DNA of 64,000 nucleotides from Balanoglossus misakiensis (taxonomy: Eukaryota; Animalia; Hemichordata), in contig CM082598.2 in assembly GCA_040954595.2 (NCBI GenBank), positions 8,385,097-8,449,096 of the forward strand, in the 5' to 3' direction. Both the position numbers and the translations under genes were made by a program. This document shows positions 52,422-64,000 of the stretch, piece by piece; position 1 is the first letter of the stretch, and each line of letters starts with the position of its first letter. A model generated the notes under the pieces. The model ran no database searches. It was not told where the DNA came from and saw only the letters and a list, made by a program, of their open reading frames with translations.

Positions 52422-53323
52422 GAGAGTCAAGAAGCATTGGGGCGACTAGCCGAACAGTTTCGGATGAAAGAGGCCGAAGTAAAGTCCAAGAGATTGCAGC
52501 GATCTGCTCCAAAGTTTCCAGAACAACAGGTAGGAATTGCAATCCAAATGATACATACATGTAGAAAGATAAGAACTGCCTTTCTTCAAGTATTTTGGGA
52601 AGTTTTTAGCCCCCCCCCCACCACTAACCTTTTTGTATTTTGTCTACACTTTTGTTTTCTTTCCATTCTACACCCAATAGCATGATGAATTGCCCAGTAC
52701 ATGTATTTAATTTCTCATCATCTAATTTACAGACAAGGTAAACATTCTAGACACTGGTAATTTCATCATGCTTTAGGGAATAGAATAGAAGTGTAGAGAC
52801 CAAGGTTATGTACAGTTCAGCCTTAAAGCATTATACGTAATTGCTAGGAGTTATAACACATGTTTTCTTCATATCCATGCAATGTAAAAGTCTTTTCCTT
52901 GTTAGTTATTTCCTGATTTTATGAAAAGTTAAGTTTATATTCATGCCATTTTACATACATTTATTAAAATTTTGATGTTTACCCTATTTTGTAAAATTTT
53001 CATTCAGGTGTTAAATGTTACACCACTAATAAAAGACAAAGGAGTCGTAAAGAAAATGGGGGCAGTTTTACCATCGGCTGTTGGCAGAAGAAGTCAGGTG
53101 GCGATTACTGTGGACAATGGCTCAAATGCCATGCACTGGGCGCAGGGTGTATCGGCACACTTCGTTGATGTCGATTTTGTACCATACGAGATGGATGACG
53201 TAGGCGTGTTCCAAAGAATGAAAGACCCAATGAATTTTCAATTAAAAGAGCTGAAGGACAAATACAAACGTATGAAGGCGAAGACAGACAAGTTGCCAGT
53301 CTTCATGTTTGCAGTCGGGCAGA
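52422..53323 (+). CDS. Two in-frame coding exons (52422-52529, 53008-53323) of an unidentified gene; a possible 31-nt exon at 52172-52202
   Basis: AG/GT boundaries and a phase-0 junction give ESQEALGRLAEQF...PEQQ|VLNVTPLIKD...FMFAVGQ; GTGAGT donor at 53324. No family recognised. Confidence 0.5.
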
Positions 53324-53580
53324 GTGAGTAAATTATATAAATTATATTTCAGAGCTAGAGGTGATGGACCTTTATTAACACATTGATTAAATTTGAAAAT
53401 ACAAAGTACCAAAATTGAGGATTTCGTATGAAAAAATGAAAAAGTAATTAATTGAACATTTTTAACCAAAAATATAAAAACATTATTTTATTTATACATG
53501 TGTGGTAACATATGTAAACTGGGCAGACTGAAAAAGATATCTGCCCTTATTGATGATAATATCTAAGTAAGTTACTTAAG

Positions 53581-54130
53581 CAATAAGCCCCGCTGTAAGC
53601 GGGTATACGCGAGATTTGGGTACAATTCGAGACATATAGCGCGAGCTGTCAGGCGAGTCTATATGGAGCAAATTGTACCCAAATCGAGTGATATTATATC
53701 AACAATTGTTTTTGTGGCATATCAGTGTCATTTTCTTACCGAGACGGCGTCACAAAGAGAAATTACGATCGTGAACCAACATGGTGACGATGAATGTAAA
53801 CACGAGCGGCCGGGATCGAGCATTAAACATGAAGCAGATGACAAAAAGTGACAAGACGGGCATCGCGCGTGGCAAAGTTACAAATATTTCCACAGAGCAG
53901 TTCCAAAATAAAATGATTAATTCAACAGTATTTTTGTTTTATTTAGTTGGTTTAAACACGCGCGGCTGTGGTTTAACCGCACATTTGTGCTGCCGCATGA
54001 CTAGTTCAGGGGCCCGTTTAAGCACTGCCAGCAAGTGCTATATGACTATTTTAGCATCGCTGGATTGAGCTCTCATCCAATCAGAATTGCGGACGGTAGC
54101 ATGATATACATGTAATATAATTGCAGATAT
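53581..54130 (+). mobile_element. Non-autonomous hairpin-ended element (Crypton-like)
   Basis: Hairpin arms GATTTGGGTACAATT at 53613-53627 and 53671-53685 with CGAG/CGAG loops; the far end has CCAATCAGAA; homologous to 42270-42485. Confidence 0.6.
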
Positions 54131-54249
54131 TTTGGTCAGGGTCACAGAAAAATATGATATTCTAATCACAGGGATAGGGGAAATAGTTAAATAATATAAT
54201 AGTCCAGGAGCTAGGTGCCGTTAATCAGAATTTTTGGTAAAGAAGGTTT

Positions 54250-55260
54250 GAGAAGTCCATTCTATGTAAAAAATGGTGCTGATTCCAAAAAAGTCAGTCT
54301 TATTGACCCCACTCAAGACAAAATTGCCATTTTGGCCATTTTTAACCCAAAAAAGGTCATTTTTAGATAAAAACTAAAAACAAACAGTTTTCTCCATATT
54401 TGGATATCTGATGGAGTGTGTTAATTCTATTCTACGTAAACAATGGTGGTGATTCCAGAAAAAGCAGTCTGATTGACCCCAGACAAGAAAAAATTGCCAA
54501 AATGGCCATTTTTCACCCAAAAATGGCGATTTTAAGAAAAAACGACACTGAAAACAGACCGTTATCTTCATATTTGGAGATCTGACTGAGTATGAAAAGT
54601 CCATTTTATGAATAAAAATGGTGCTGATTCCAAAAAAGTCAGTCTTATTGACCCCACTCAAGACAAAATTGCCATTTTGGCCATTTTTAACCCAAAAAAG
54701 GTCATTTTTAGATAAAAACTAAAAACAAACAGTTTTCTCCATATTTGAATATCTGATGGAGTATGTTAATTCTATTCTACGTAAACAATGGTGGTGATTC
54801 CAGAAAAAGCAGTCTGATTGACCCCAGACAAGAAAAAATTGCCAAAATGGCCATTTTTCACCCAAAAATGGCGATTTTAAGAAAAAACGACACTGAAAAC
54901 AGACCGTTATCTTCATATTTGGAGATCTGATGGAGTATGAAAAGTCCATTTTATGAATTAAAATGGTGCTGATTCCAAAAAAAACAGTCTTACTTACCCC
55001 ACTCAAGACAAAATTGCCATTTTGGCCATTTTAGCCCAAAAATGGCTATTTTTAGAGAAAAGGCACAACAAACTATTTTCTCCATATTTTGAGATCTCAT
55101 GGAGTAAGTTAATTCTATTCTACGTAAACAATGGTGGTGATTCCAGAAAAAGCAGTCTTACTTACCCCACGCAAGACAAAATTGCCATTTTGGCCATTTT
55201 AGCCCAAAAATGGCTACTTTAAGAACAAACTGAAAACAGACAGTCTTCTCCATATTTGGA
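54250..55260. repeat. Left subterminal ~172-bp tandem repeats of the Academ element (about 6 units, including a 345-bp dimer duplication)
   Basis: ATGGTG(C/G)TGATTCCA...GACCCC...AAAATTGCCA recurs; ORFs 54374-54661 and 54719-55006 are near-identical, 345 bp apart. Confidence 0.9.
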
Positions 55261-55323
55261 AGAAAAAGCAAAGTCAACATAAATCACAAAATTGTTATTT
55301 TGTTACCGGACTTAGAATTTCCT

Positions 55324-55362
55324 CTATCCAGTTACATCATCATCACTTTCGGAATCAGTAAT

Positions 55363-55397
<35 letters not shown>

Positions 55398-58300
55398 GGG
55401 CATCTTCATTTGTGATATCTGGTTCAATGATCTGAGACAGAATAGTTGGCATTTGATTACCAGTGAACCAGACAGGTAGAAAAACTCCATCAACCTCTTT
55501 CCAGCCATGATCTGTAGGTTCAATGTTTTCAAGAGGGTCTCGTTGATGTGCATGCTTCCATAGATATGCCACATAATTGCATCGTTTCAATTTCTGCTCC
55601 AGAACATCTTTGCATGGCGGAAGCATACTAGCATCAATTCCCTTTATTTTCTCCAGTGGACTTTCTGGATTGGTTGGTTTATATTTCTGTAGGAAGATTT
55701 TCAACCTTGCCTCATTCACAGACGATAATGTTCCCTGACCATAGAGTGAACAAACATATCGCTCTATTAGGTGATCGTCGTCAGCAAAGATGATATTCGT
55801 TCCAAGAATGCCAAGTCCTTCAAGATGGAGAGGGTTCTTTGTAGCTTTCTTCCATGGATTCACCTTTCCCTGCCTAAAGAAGGGTGATGTGTAGTCACAT
55901 CCTGTCAGAGCATGGTAACCTGGTAATGCTTTGCAAAGAACTGGGCCAATGTGGTTTGCAAGTGCAGTGATATCGACATACCTTCGTGTGTTATCACTCG
56001 AATGTCCAAGATCCATCCACACCTTGGCATTGAGCTGCCTGGCATGGAACAGCAAGTTGATCATAATATCAGTGTCTGTTGCCCGTACAACAACATTTTG
56101 TCGTGGCCTTGCTCTTGACAATGTTGCAAGATGGTACACTAGACGAGTATCGGCCTCCACATGTGAACATATATATTCAGGTGCCTCATTTTGTTCAACA
56201 ATATCTGTCAAAGTAGCTGTATACTGGAGGCACTGTCCCTCGTGTCCAACAACAACTCTTTTTTGCTTTATGATAGCTGCATATTTGTTATTCTTCCATT
56301 CTTCCATTAAGAATTTGAGAAGAGCAGTTTTAAAATTAGCTGATCTCAATGCATATCGGAAATCTTTGGGACGTAACTGATCTGCACCAGTGATGTGAAA
56401 CGATGCATCATTTGCACCTCTCGCCTGTTGCTCAGCATTCTTTATACTTTTCACATAACTGTCACAAACAAAGTGAACTTCACTTGCTTGAACACTGCAT
56501 ATGATCCTCAGGACCAGCTCGGCCACTTTTCCAAAGTTCAAAGGTAGATCAGAAGGTAGTGACTGGATTATAAACATGGCATCATAGAGAACCGTATCAG
56601 CTTTTGTCGGCTGCGTGTGTCTAACCATACCTTCAAGATATTTGGAGAGTTTATACTTTGGTGTCTTCTTCATTGTGCCATAAATGCTGGCCAAAGAGAG
56701 AGGCACCGGGGTAAGTGGAAAAGGAAATACCTTTTCAAGCTCAATCTTACTTGTACAAGCAAGATAAACCAATCTGCCCAGCAAGTCCCGTGTTGTCTTC
56801 AGTTCGACAACCTTTTCATCTTTACCCCGTACATTGCTCTTGGCAGCCGCACTAGCGAAGTTTCTCACTTTCCGTCTTCGCAGTGGTCTCTCAAACCTGG
56901 AAGGATCGTTTAAGCACCCTTGGAGAAAATCGTCTTTCCAGTTTTTCCCCAACACAAAGAGATTTAACATGTCTCTCTTTACATTATCTGGCATTTTCTT
57001 GCCATCTGCCAAACAATATAGATCGGTTTCTGCAATCAGGGACCCTTCAAAAGGATTCATAGTTGTCTCAATCATTTTTGAGATACCTTCCAAATCTCTG
57101 TGGAATTTACTCACTTCTGACTTCCGCGTTTCATGAGAGGGATTGGCATCATTCTTTATGGCAGCCTTTTCAAAAAGATATCTTACTATCATGCTTCTAG
57201 CTGATCTAGTAACTGTCCAGCGTCTGGTTGCTCCTTGACTTTGATGGAAAGCAGATATTCCAGTTTGTCGTGATGCTGCATCTGCGTTTATCGTGCTCTC
57301 TAGCGCTTGATCCACTGGTTGTCTGGCAAATGAATTGGATGACAACCTCACAGATAAACCACCCTTTTCAAGTTGTTGTCTAATGCCAGGATGAGTGGTA
57401 TCCATGTTCAAGAGCCTTAGATAGTACAAACACATATAACGTGCATAATTATGACGACTTGCAGCAAAGAAAACATCAATCATTTCCCCAAGCATAAAGC
57501 TGAAAAGATCTACATCATTTGTTCGTACAGCTCTACTGAACAACATATAGATATCAACCATATGAATATAATTTATCCAAAATTGAGCATTTACTCCATG
57601 TGTACCAGCTCTAGTAGCATCACAGAATCTCTCATATCTCCTCATGAATGATATGTACTCATCTGTTTCCTCCAAATCTTTCATTTTCTCAGGAGATGGT
57701 GCCGATTGGATAATTTTTAGACCATCAACCAACTGCCCATAACTATCATTTGCTTCTTCCAGTTGTAAGAACAAATCTAGATGTTTGCTCTTCATAGCTG
57801 TTGCAAGGAGTACATGCATTCTTCTTGTCTGATTATAGTGCTTTCCTGATTGAAATGCATTGAGAGAACCCTTTGTGAGGGCACCACTTTCAATTAAAAT
57901 GTGGGCCGCACCTGACCCATCAACCAGGTACCCCACTGCTGAAAGATAGCGGAACATAATATGGAATGCTCCAAAAGAGACAAAAACATTGTCATACTTT
58001 GGTTTCATACTGTCCTGCAATTGTGAAGCTGGTTTTGCTATGGCTAAGTCATAGGTTGTTGCAATGTAATCTTCCTGACACTCTTCAGCAAGGGATACAT
58101 TTCTTTGCATAGTTTCATTCACAACGTCATGCCTTGTAGGCGGGGCTCCGATATTTGCCAAATAGCCTATTTTTTGAGCTGGTAGGTCATCTTTGGTTAC
58201 TGTAGAGTTCCAGCCAGACAACATGGGTACTTGTTTGTTCGTTTTGCAAGATAATGTCCATGCAACATCTCTAGAAACACATAAATGGTAGTTTACAGGC

Positions 58301-59919
58301 TTGTCCACTGTTAGTATGCCAAAATTAAAGTGAGATATCATAATTTTTTTTCTCACTGGTTCAAGAAAGGTATTTGGAATGTCAAGGCTTCTTTTACTTT
58401 TTTTGCTCAAAGAAGTAGGAAGTGTATCCACTGGGGTTGTTGTAGTTGTTGACGAATGACTTGATGATGATTGTGAGTTTGTGATAGAGGTTGTCGTTGC
58501 TGTAGTAGGTGGTGGCAATACAACCGGGAATTCATTTTGGATACAGATCCCCTGTGTGTCATGATATGTTGATTGATCGTAATTGTCCCATGCTGTTATT
58601 GTACTTAGTCCTTTTCTGGCTTCTAAGCCATCAGGAAGGATACGATTTTTCTCAATAATTTTCTCAGCAATCTGAGTCTCAAATTCTTCTGCAGTATGAT
58701 ATCCTATACAGTGACCAAAGTGATTAACGATTTCTTGCACCTTTTTAGAACCAGTAATGCTTCTCAAACCCATCCCCAACAGTATGTGTTTAGCTGGTTT
58801 CACTGTTCCACGAGTAAGTTTGTAAATATCATCCTCGGCTGATGATTCAACATACCGCTCAACTCTCTGACTGGCTTCCTCTTTTGAGCCAGTGTACAGA
58901 ATCCTGTAAAACTGTAAGAGTTCAGCAGGTATATTTGTACACTGACCATTGCGGATTGCTTCAACTGTAATAGGATTTGGGAGTTCATTCTCACAGAGTT
59001 TCCGGATCTTTTCTCTGAGGAACAAAGCAACATTTTGTATTTCATTTTCCATAGCATCCTTTGCAATAGAAAGATAAGTACCCTGCTTCTTACTTTCTTG
59101 GTCAAGCCGAAGCTTGCTTCCATAGACTTCTTTAATTTTGGACAAAAGGAAGTATGGCTCTGGGTTAGGCTCTTCCAAGCCTTCTTGTTTGAGAAATTCA
59201 ATGTAGGTTTTATTGATATCAACTAATTTCTTTGGGGAGTCTTTCAAAAACACTTCACAGTTTATGTATGACAGCAATCTTAGAAAGGCATTTTCTCGTA
59301 TATCTATATCTTTTGTGCCTATCTCGTTCTCTTGCGCCTTGATTCCTTTAGAAATATACCTTGTTCTGCATGTATTGTGGTATTTGACTTCCTTAGCTAT
59401 GAAATCAATATGTCCAAATTCACGGAGGAAATTTTCGTCTTTCAATTGCCTTGCTGCATTTAAAATACTGTCTTGTGCGGGTCTAGTCACACATGCAGAT
59501 AGTGTTTCAAAACCACCGGGAAAATGCTTGCGATCAGGACCATTGCAGAAAATACACTTGTTTTCAAGCACTCCAGTAGTTGAAGTAGTCGCCACTGTTG
59601 ACTTCTGCACCTTTGACCTAGTTTCAACACCAACAGAACAACATTTCCTTTCTTTTGATTGTACCTGATATGCCGTAAATTTACTGTAACAACTACTATG
59701 GAAACCATAATGCGGCAATGGTTCAACTTCAAAGTTAATGGAATCACATATAACGAGGTACTTCGATGTCTTCTGATTTTCTTTTCTTGCTTTGGCTATT
59801 TCGCCTGCAGTCTCCCATGTCTGTTTAGTAAAGGGAGTCGGTACCTCATTTCTAACATTTTCTCCCCCACCATTGACATGCAGCACACACTGCAAATTCA
59901 TATCTACGCATTCATCCAT
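55324..59919 (-). CDS. Academ-type transposase, 1531 aa: DDE-like core plus XPG/FEN1-like nuclease domain
   Basis: Uninterrupted ORF. Cys/His motifs FHSSCY, CIFC, YHNTCR; core WDNYD, TYDLAIAK..GAFH, DQALESTIN; XPG/FEN motifs HVEADTRL, RATDTDI, HALTGCDYTS..GK; acidic tail. Confidence 0.9.
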
Positions 59920-60579
59920 TAGTTAAAGGGAGGACAAGTCTCTGTTTGTTTTTGATATCCACATGAAATAAACTGCCTATGTCAAAGTCTGTTTCCTTTT
60001 AAAACACAGCAGTATACACTACAGATTACATGAAACAACTTGACACTCTGAGATCTGATACAAGTCCCATGGGGTCTAAACAGTATGTAGCAAGTTCCAA
60101 CGCTGGCTATTCAGTCAAGTTACATGGACACATTTTGACTGAACAGTGAATAACTCTGTAGAGAGCATAAATTTTGTTTCACTGAATGTTCAATCTTGTC
60201 TGAGTCAAGCATAGTAGAGATTGATTACAGTTCACCAGTATTTCAGCGTGTTCAAGAAGTCAAACAACAGAAACTGATTTTCATTTCTCACTAAACTTCC
60301 CATGTGGTCTTAACAGTATGCAAGCTCCAACACTGTACTGGCTATATGCAGTCAAGTACATGGACAAATTTTGACTCAACAGATAATAATTCGGTAGAGA
60401 CCATAAATCGTTTCACTGAATTATTCAATGAGTGAGTACAACAGTACTTCAGCATGTTTCAAATAGTCAAACAACATGAACTGATATTCATATCACACAA
60501 AATTCATGAAAAAAGCTATAAAAAGACAGTTTTGTCCCTTTCACTTCGGTTCGGTCAATAAAACTTAATATATCATCAG

Positions 60580-61600
60580 ATAACCGAATGTGAAGAGAAT
60601 TCTTTGTTTTCTTCTCGGAGAAAAGGATTTTCTAAAAATGACCATTTTTGGGGCAAAAGTAGCCAAAAAGGCGATTTTGTCTTTGTTGGGGTCACTAAGA
60701 CTGCTATTTCTGGAATCAGCACCAATTTTTACATAGAATAAACTTTTCATATATCACATGATCTCTGAAATTTATGACGAAAAGTTTGCTTTGAACTTTT
60801 TCTAAAAATGGCCTTTTTGGGCAAAAACTTGCCAAAAAGGCATTTTTGCATTTAGTGGGGTCAATAAAGGTGCTTTTTTGGAATAGTCACCAAATTTTAC
60901 ATAGGTAGGACATATAATCTCCGAAAGTTAAGAAAATATACAAGTTTTGAGTGTTTTCTAAAACAACGATTTTTGGGGCAAAAAGTGGCAAAAATGGCAA
61001 TTTTTTCTTGAGTAGGGTCAATAAGACTGCAATTTCTGGAATCACCATCATTTTTTTTTACATAGAATGAACTTTCCATATATCAAATTATTTCTGAATA
61101 TGAAAAGTTTGTTTTTAGTATTTTTTTTGTAAAAAATGACCTTTTTTGACCTCAAAAAGTGGCCAAAAATGGCATTTTTGTATTAATTGGGGTCAAAAAG
61201 ACTGCTTTATTTTTTAAAGTCACCACTTTTAACATAGAATTGACTTTCCATAGATCATCAGAACAATCAATATGAAGAAAACCGTGTGTTTTAAATTTTT
61301 CCTAAAAATGACATTTTTTGGGCAAAAAATGGTCAAAAAGGCAATTTTGTGTTGTTTTGTGTGAATCGGACTACTTTTTTCGTAATATTCACCAAATTTT
61401 ACATAGAATAAGCATATCATATGTCATCAGATCTCAGAATGTGACGAAAACAGTGTGTTTTTAGTGTTTTCTAAAAAAGACCATTTTTGGGTTAAAAAAT
61501 GGCCAAAATGGCAATTTTGTCTTGAGTGGGGTCAATAAGACTGACATTTTTGGAATCAGCACCATTTTTTACATAGAATGGACTTCTCAAACCTTCCTTA
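60580..61600. repeat. Right subterminal repeats of the Academ element (inverted, more diverged copies of the same unit)
   Basis: GGGGTCAATAAGACTG...GGAATCA(G/C)CA...TTACATAGAAT recurs about six times. Confidence 0.85.
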
Positions 61601-61634
61601 CCAAAAATTCTGATTAACGGCACCTATCTCCTAG

Positions 61635-63290
61635 GGTAAATATAAGGTTATCGCCCCATATCACCTCTTGTGTTGGGCCATATTTACCGCTCCTGTGGGT
61701 TGTGAGCCGCATCACACGAGTCGAAGAGGAGTGTGACGCAGCTCACAACCCACACGAGCGGCAAATATGGCCCAACAACAGGTGATATGGGGCGAAAACT
61801 GATTTATCATATGCCCAAACACACAGACCTGTACGCAGAGCTATATGAACCCGCTACTTTGACGAGCTCAATCAGCGGGAAATCGAGCGTTATCTTCAGG
61901 ACAACGGTTACCCGGTCTCCATCATCCGTGGCAATGAATTCCAACGCTCCCGAAAATGCCTCACAGAAAAATGAGTTGAACAAAAAAACAGGGACGGGGA
62001 AATAAGCCACAAGCTGCCCAAGTGATTACTGATAAGGAAGAACAACTTTTGATTGAAAGAGGATTTGTCGGTCGATCGACTCCCGAAGCGTTGTTCAACG
62101 CAGTTTGGATGAACAACACCAAGATGTTGGGCTTTCGCGGTGGCCAAGAAAACCGGTAATTGAAATGGGAGGGGGGGGGGGATATCAAGCTCAAAAGACG
62201 GCCGACCACAAAGAATATCTCGAATTCACCGAAAGGGAGACGAAGACTGCAGATTTAGACAGGCTGGTGCGAAACCACGACCCTTCAACCCCAAAATCTT
62301 CGCCACTCCCGAGAAGCCAGACACATGTCCCATAGCCACATCCAAGGAGTTCGCAAATCGTCGCCCCGTTGAAATGAATACCCTAGACAGCCCCTTCTAC
62401 TTGCATTGGCAATCAATTATTCGCCGTCATCAACCATATGGTTTAAGAAATCTCCAATGGGAAAGAATAAGTTGGCAACAGTCGTCCGAAGTATGAGCGA
62501 GAAAGCAGGCATCAGAGGGGAAAAAACAATCACAGCATGAGAAAAACAGCCATCACGAAATTGTTGCACGCCGGTATTCCACCGACCCAAGTGCAACAGT
62601 TATCGGGCCACAGTCAGCTGCAGTCGGTCAACAACTATGCCACCGCCTCGCTAAGACTGCAGGAAGAGATGTCAAACATCCTCGCTCCATGTTCATCCAA
62701 ACAAGTCGAAAATAGGGCAATTTCTGGTTCCGTCAGTTCAAGCACGTGTCAGATGGAAGCGGCGACAACGGGCGGTATATTTAGCGACGCAGTGACATAT
62801 GGCGGCTCGTTCAATATCTATGTTTCAAATGCGACGTCGACGGGATCACCTTCCATGACACAGCCCCCACCACCGCACAAACGCCTGACAGCCAGTTTTG
62901 GCTTATTCACGTGATGTCCGGTGCTGCATGCATGTCATCGGTCGCGTTGTGACTATCGACACGACGACCGTGTCGATAGGTGCATTAAAGCACCTTATCG
63001 ACACGATCACGATGACCGTGTCGATTAAATACAAAATTTACACTAATGTCACCCGTTTGCTTCAGCAAATATTCTCAAATGTACGGCTTTCGTGTTGAAA
63101 TCAATTTTCCTCGTGTGACAAAAAAAGTGTGTCGTTCCCCGGCCCCTACAGTCACTGTGTTAATGCCATGAAATCCAATTACCTTTTTATAATAAACAAC
63201 CAATGAAATAGTGTTCCCAATGTTTACGTGTTCAACTCAAACTGTAAAAAAATCCAATCAGAGAACATTAAACAAATAAATCGCACGCGT
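61635..63290 (+). mobile_element. Decayed Crypton-type tyrosine-recombinase element with a 5' hairpin
   Basis: 145-bp hairpin at 61651-61795, YR remnants downstream, CCAATCAGA at ~63255. Boundaries approximate. Confidence 0.65.
61810..62914 (+). pseudogene. Crypton/DUF3504-type tyrosine recombinase remnant
   Basis: Across frames: ELYEPATL, GNKPQAAQVITDKEEQLL..G..G..TPEALFNAVWMNNTKMLGFRGGQE, YLEFTERETKT, CPI..RRP..DSPFYL, WFKKSPMGKNKL, NHSMRKTAIT.L...LSGH...SVNNY (R-H-R-H-Y catalytic set). Confidence 0.88.
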
Positions 63291-64000
63291 AGCTAAAAAC
63301 ATGCTCAACAACAACAACAACAGTATTTGTTTGATCTATGTAGCTTATTTTCTTCATCTTGAACAATATATTCATGGTGGCGTACGGGGTTAGCGATGTG
63401 ACGGATGTGACGTGGGCAGGCTTAGTCACGGTATATGGTATTCCGGCAGAGTGCGTGCGTTCGAAACGTTTTGTCGCGTTTTTTTTTTTTTCGTTTTTCT
63501 TTTTCCTTCTGTCTGTCTACTTAGTAATTTTTCTCTTCTCTCTCACCCTCTTTCCCACCCTTACCCCTTTTCCCACTACATTCACTGCAGCTATCCGTCA
63601 GTTTTTATAATGTCCGCCCACAGCAAGTTACAACGGGTCAATCGCTTTTCTAATAACAACCGGCCACGGTTAGGAAGGGTATTACCGTTTAACAACAAGT
63701 CTATATAGTACCAATATTCGCCCATTATGTACAAGAAAACACCAGAGACTACTCGGGTTATAAAAACACCCGCCGCTCCAAATTGCCACAGTACGCACAG
63801 CCGATGTATGCAACTAAGCTAAGCAGACCTTCACCATCACTCTTTTGCGACATCCGAACTATGTCCGTACATCCATATCTTTTTTAAGAAACATATTTAT
63901 TCTATATTCGTATTTTCCAATTAAGATGATATATTACAGTGCTGATATTAAAAATATAAACTATAAAAAAGGTCTTTTCAGGAAAAGCAAAACGATTAAA

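Larger units (their letters stand above)
54200..61632 (-). mobile_element. Academ-type (XPG-nuclease-bearing) DNA transposon, ~7.4 kb
   Basis: ~165-bp near-identical TIRs (AGGAG(C/A)TAGGTGCCGTTAATCAGAATTTTTGGTAA...) at ~54206-54370 and ~61470-61632; left end begins TAG; single large ORF; no clear TSD. Confidence 0.85.

Noticed and set aside
55332-59922. Short ORFs overlapping the Academ CDS (including the poly-Met ORF 55332-55574)
   Set aside because: Alternate-frame or antisense shadows of the long ORF and its GAT repeat.

Overview
AT-rich, repeat-dense eukaryotic DNA. It is probably from a marine invertebrate, possibly a deuterostome; this is inferred from the transposon repertoire and GT-AG introns, and the species cannot be determined. 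Contents, left to right: (1) a ~1.3-kb tandem array; (2) a decayed pogo/Tigger-type transposase; (3) a 7.4-kb TTAA-flanked element (5727-13117) carrying a decayed P-element/THAP9-type transposase with a RAG1-like N-terminal zinc-binding domain, plus a convergent second gene; (4) 31-, 90-, 60- and 50-bp tandem arrays; (5) a triplicated minus-strand unit of short, apparently non-coding exons whose partners base-pair into 21-25-bp duplexes; (6) a BEL/Pao fragment; (7) a frameshifted BTB-PHR gene and orphan exons; (8) an Academ-type transposon with an intact 1531-aa ORF; (9) a decayed Crypton-type tyrosine recombinase with related hairpin-bearing elements. The two best candidates for something undescribed are the intron-split hairpin exon array (29.0-41.9 kb) and the RAG1-N/P-type transposon with Kolobok-like ends. 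All family assignments come from motifs recognised by eye; no searches were run.
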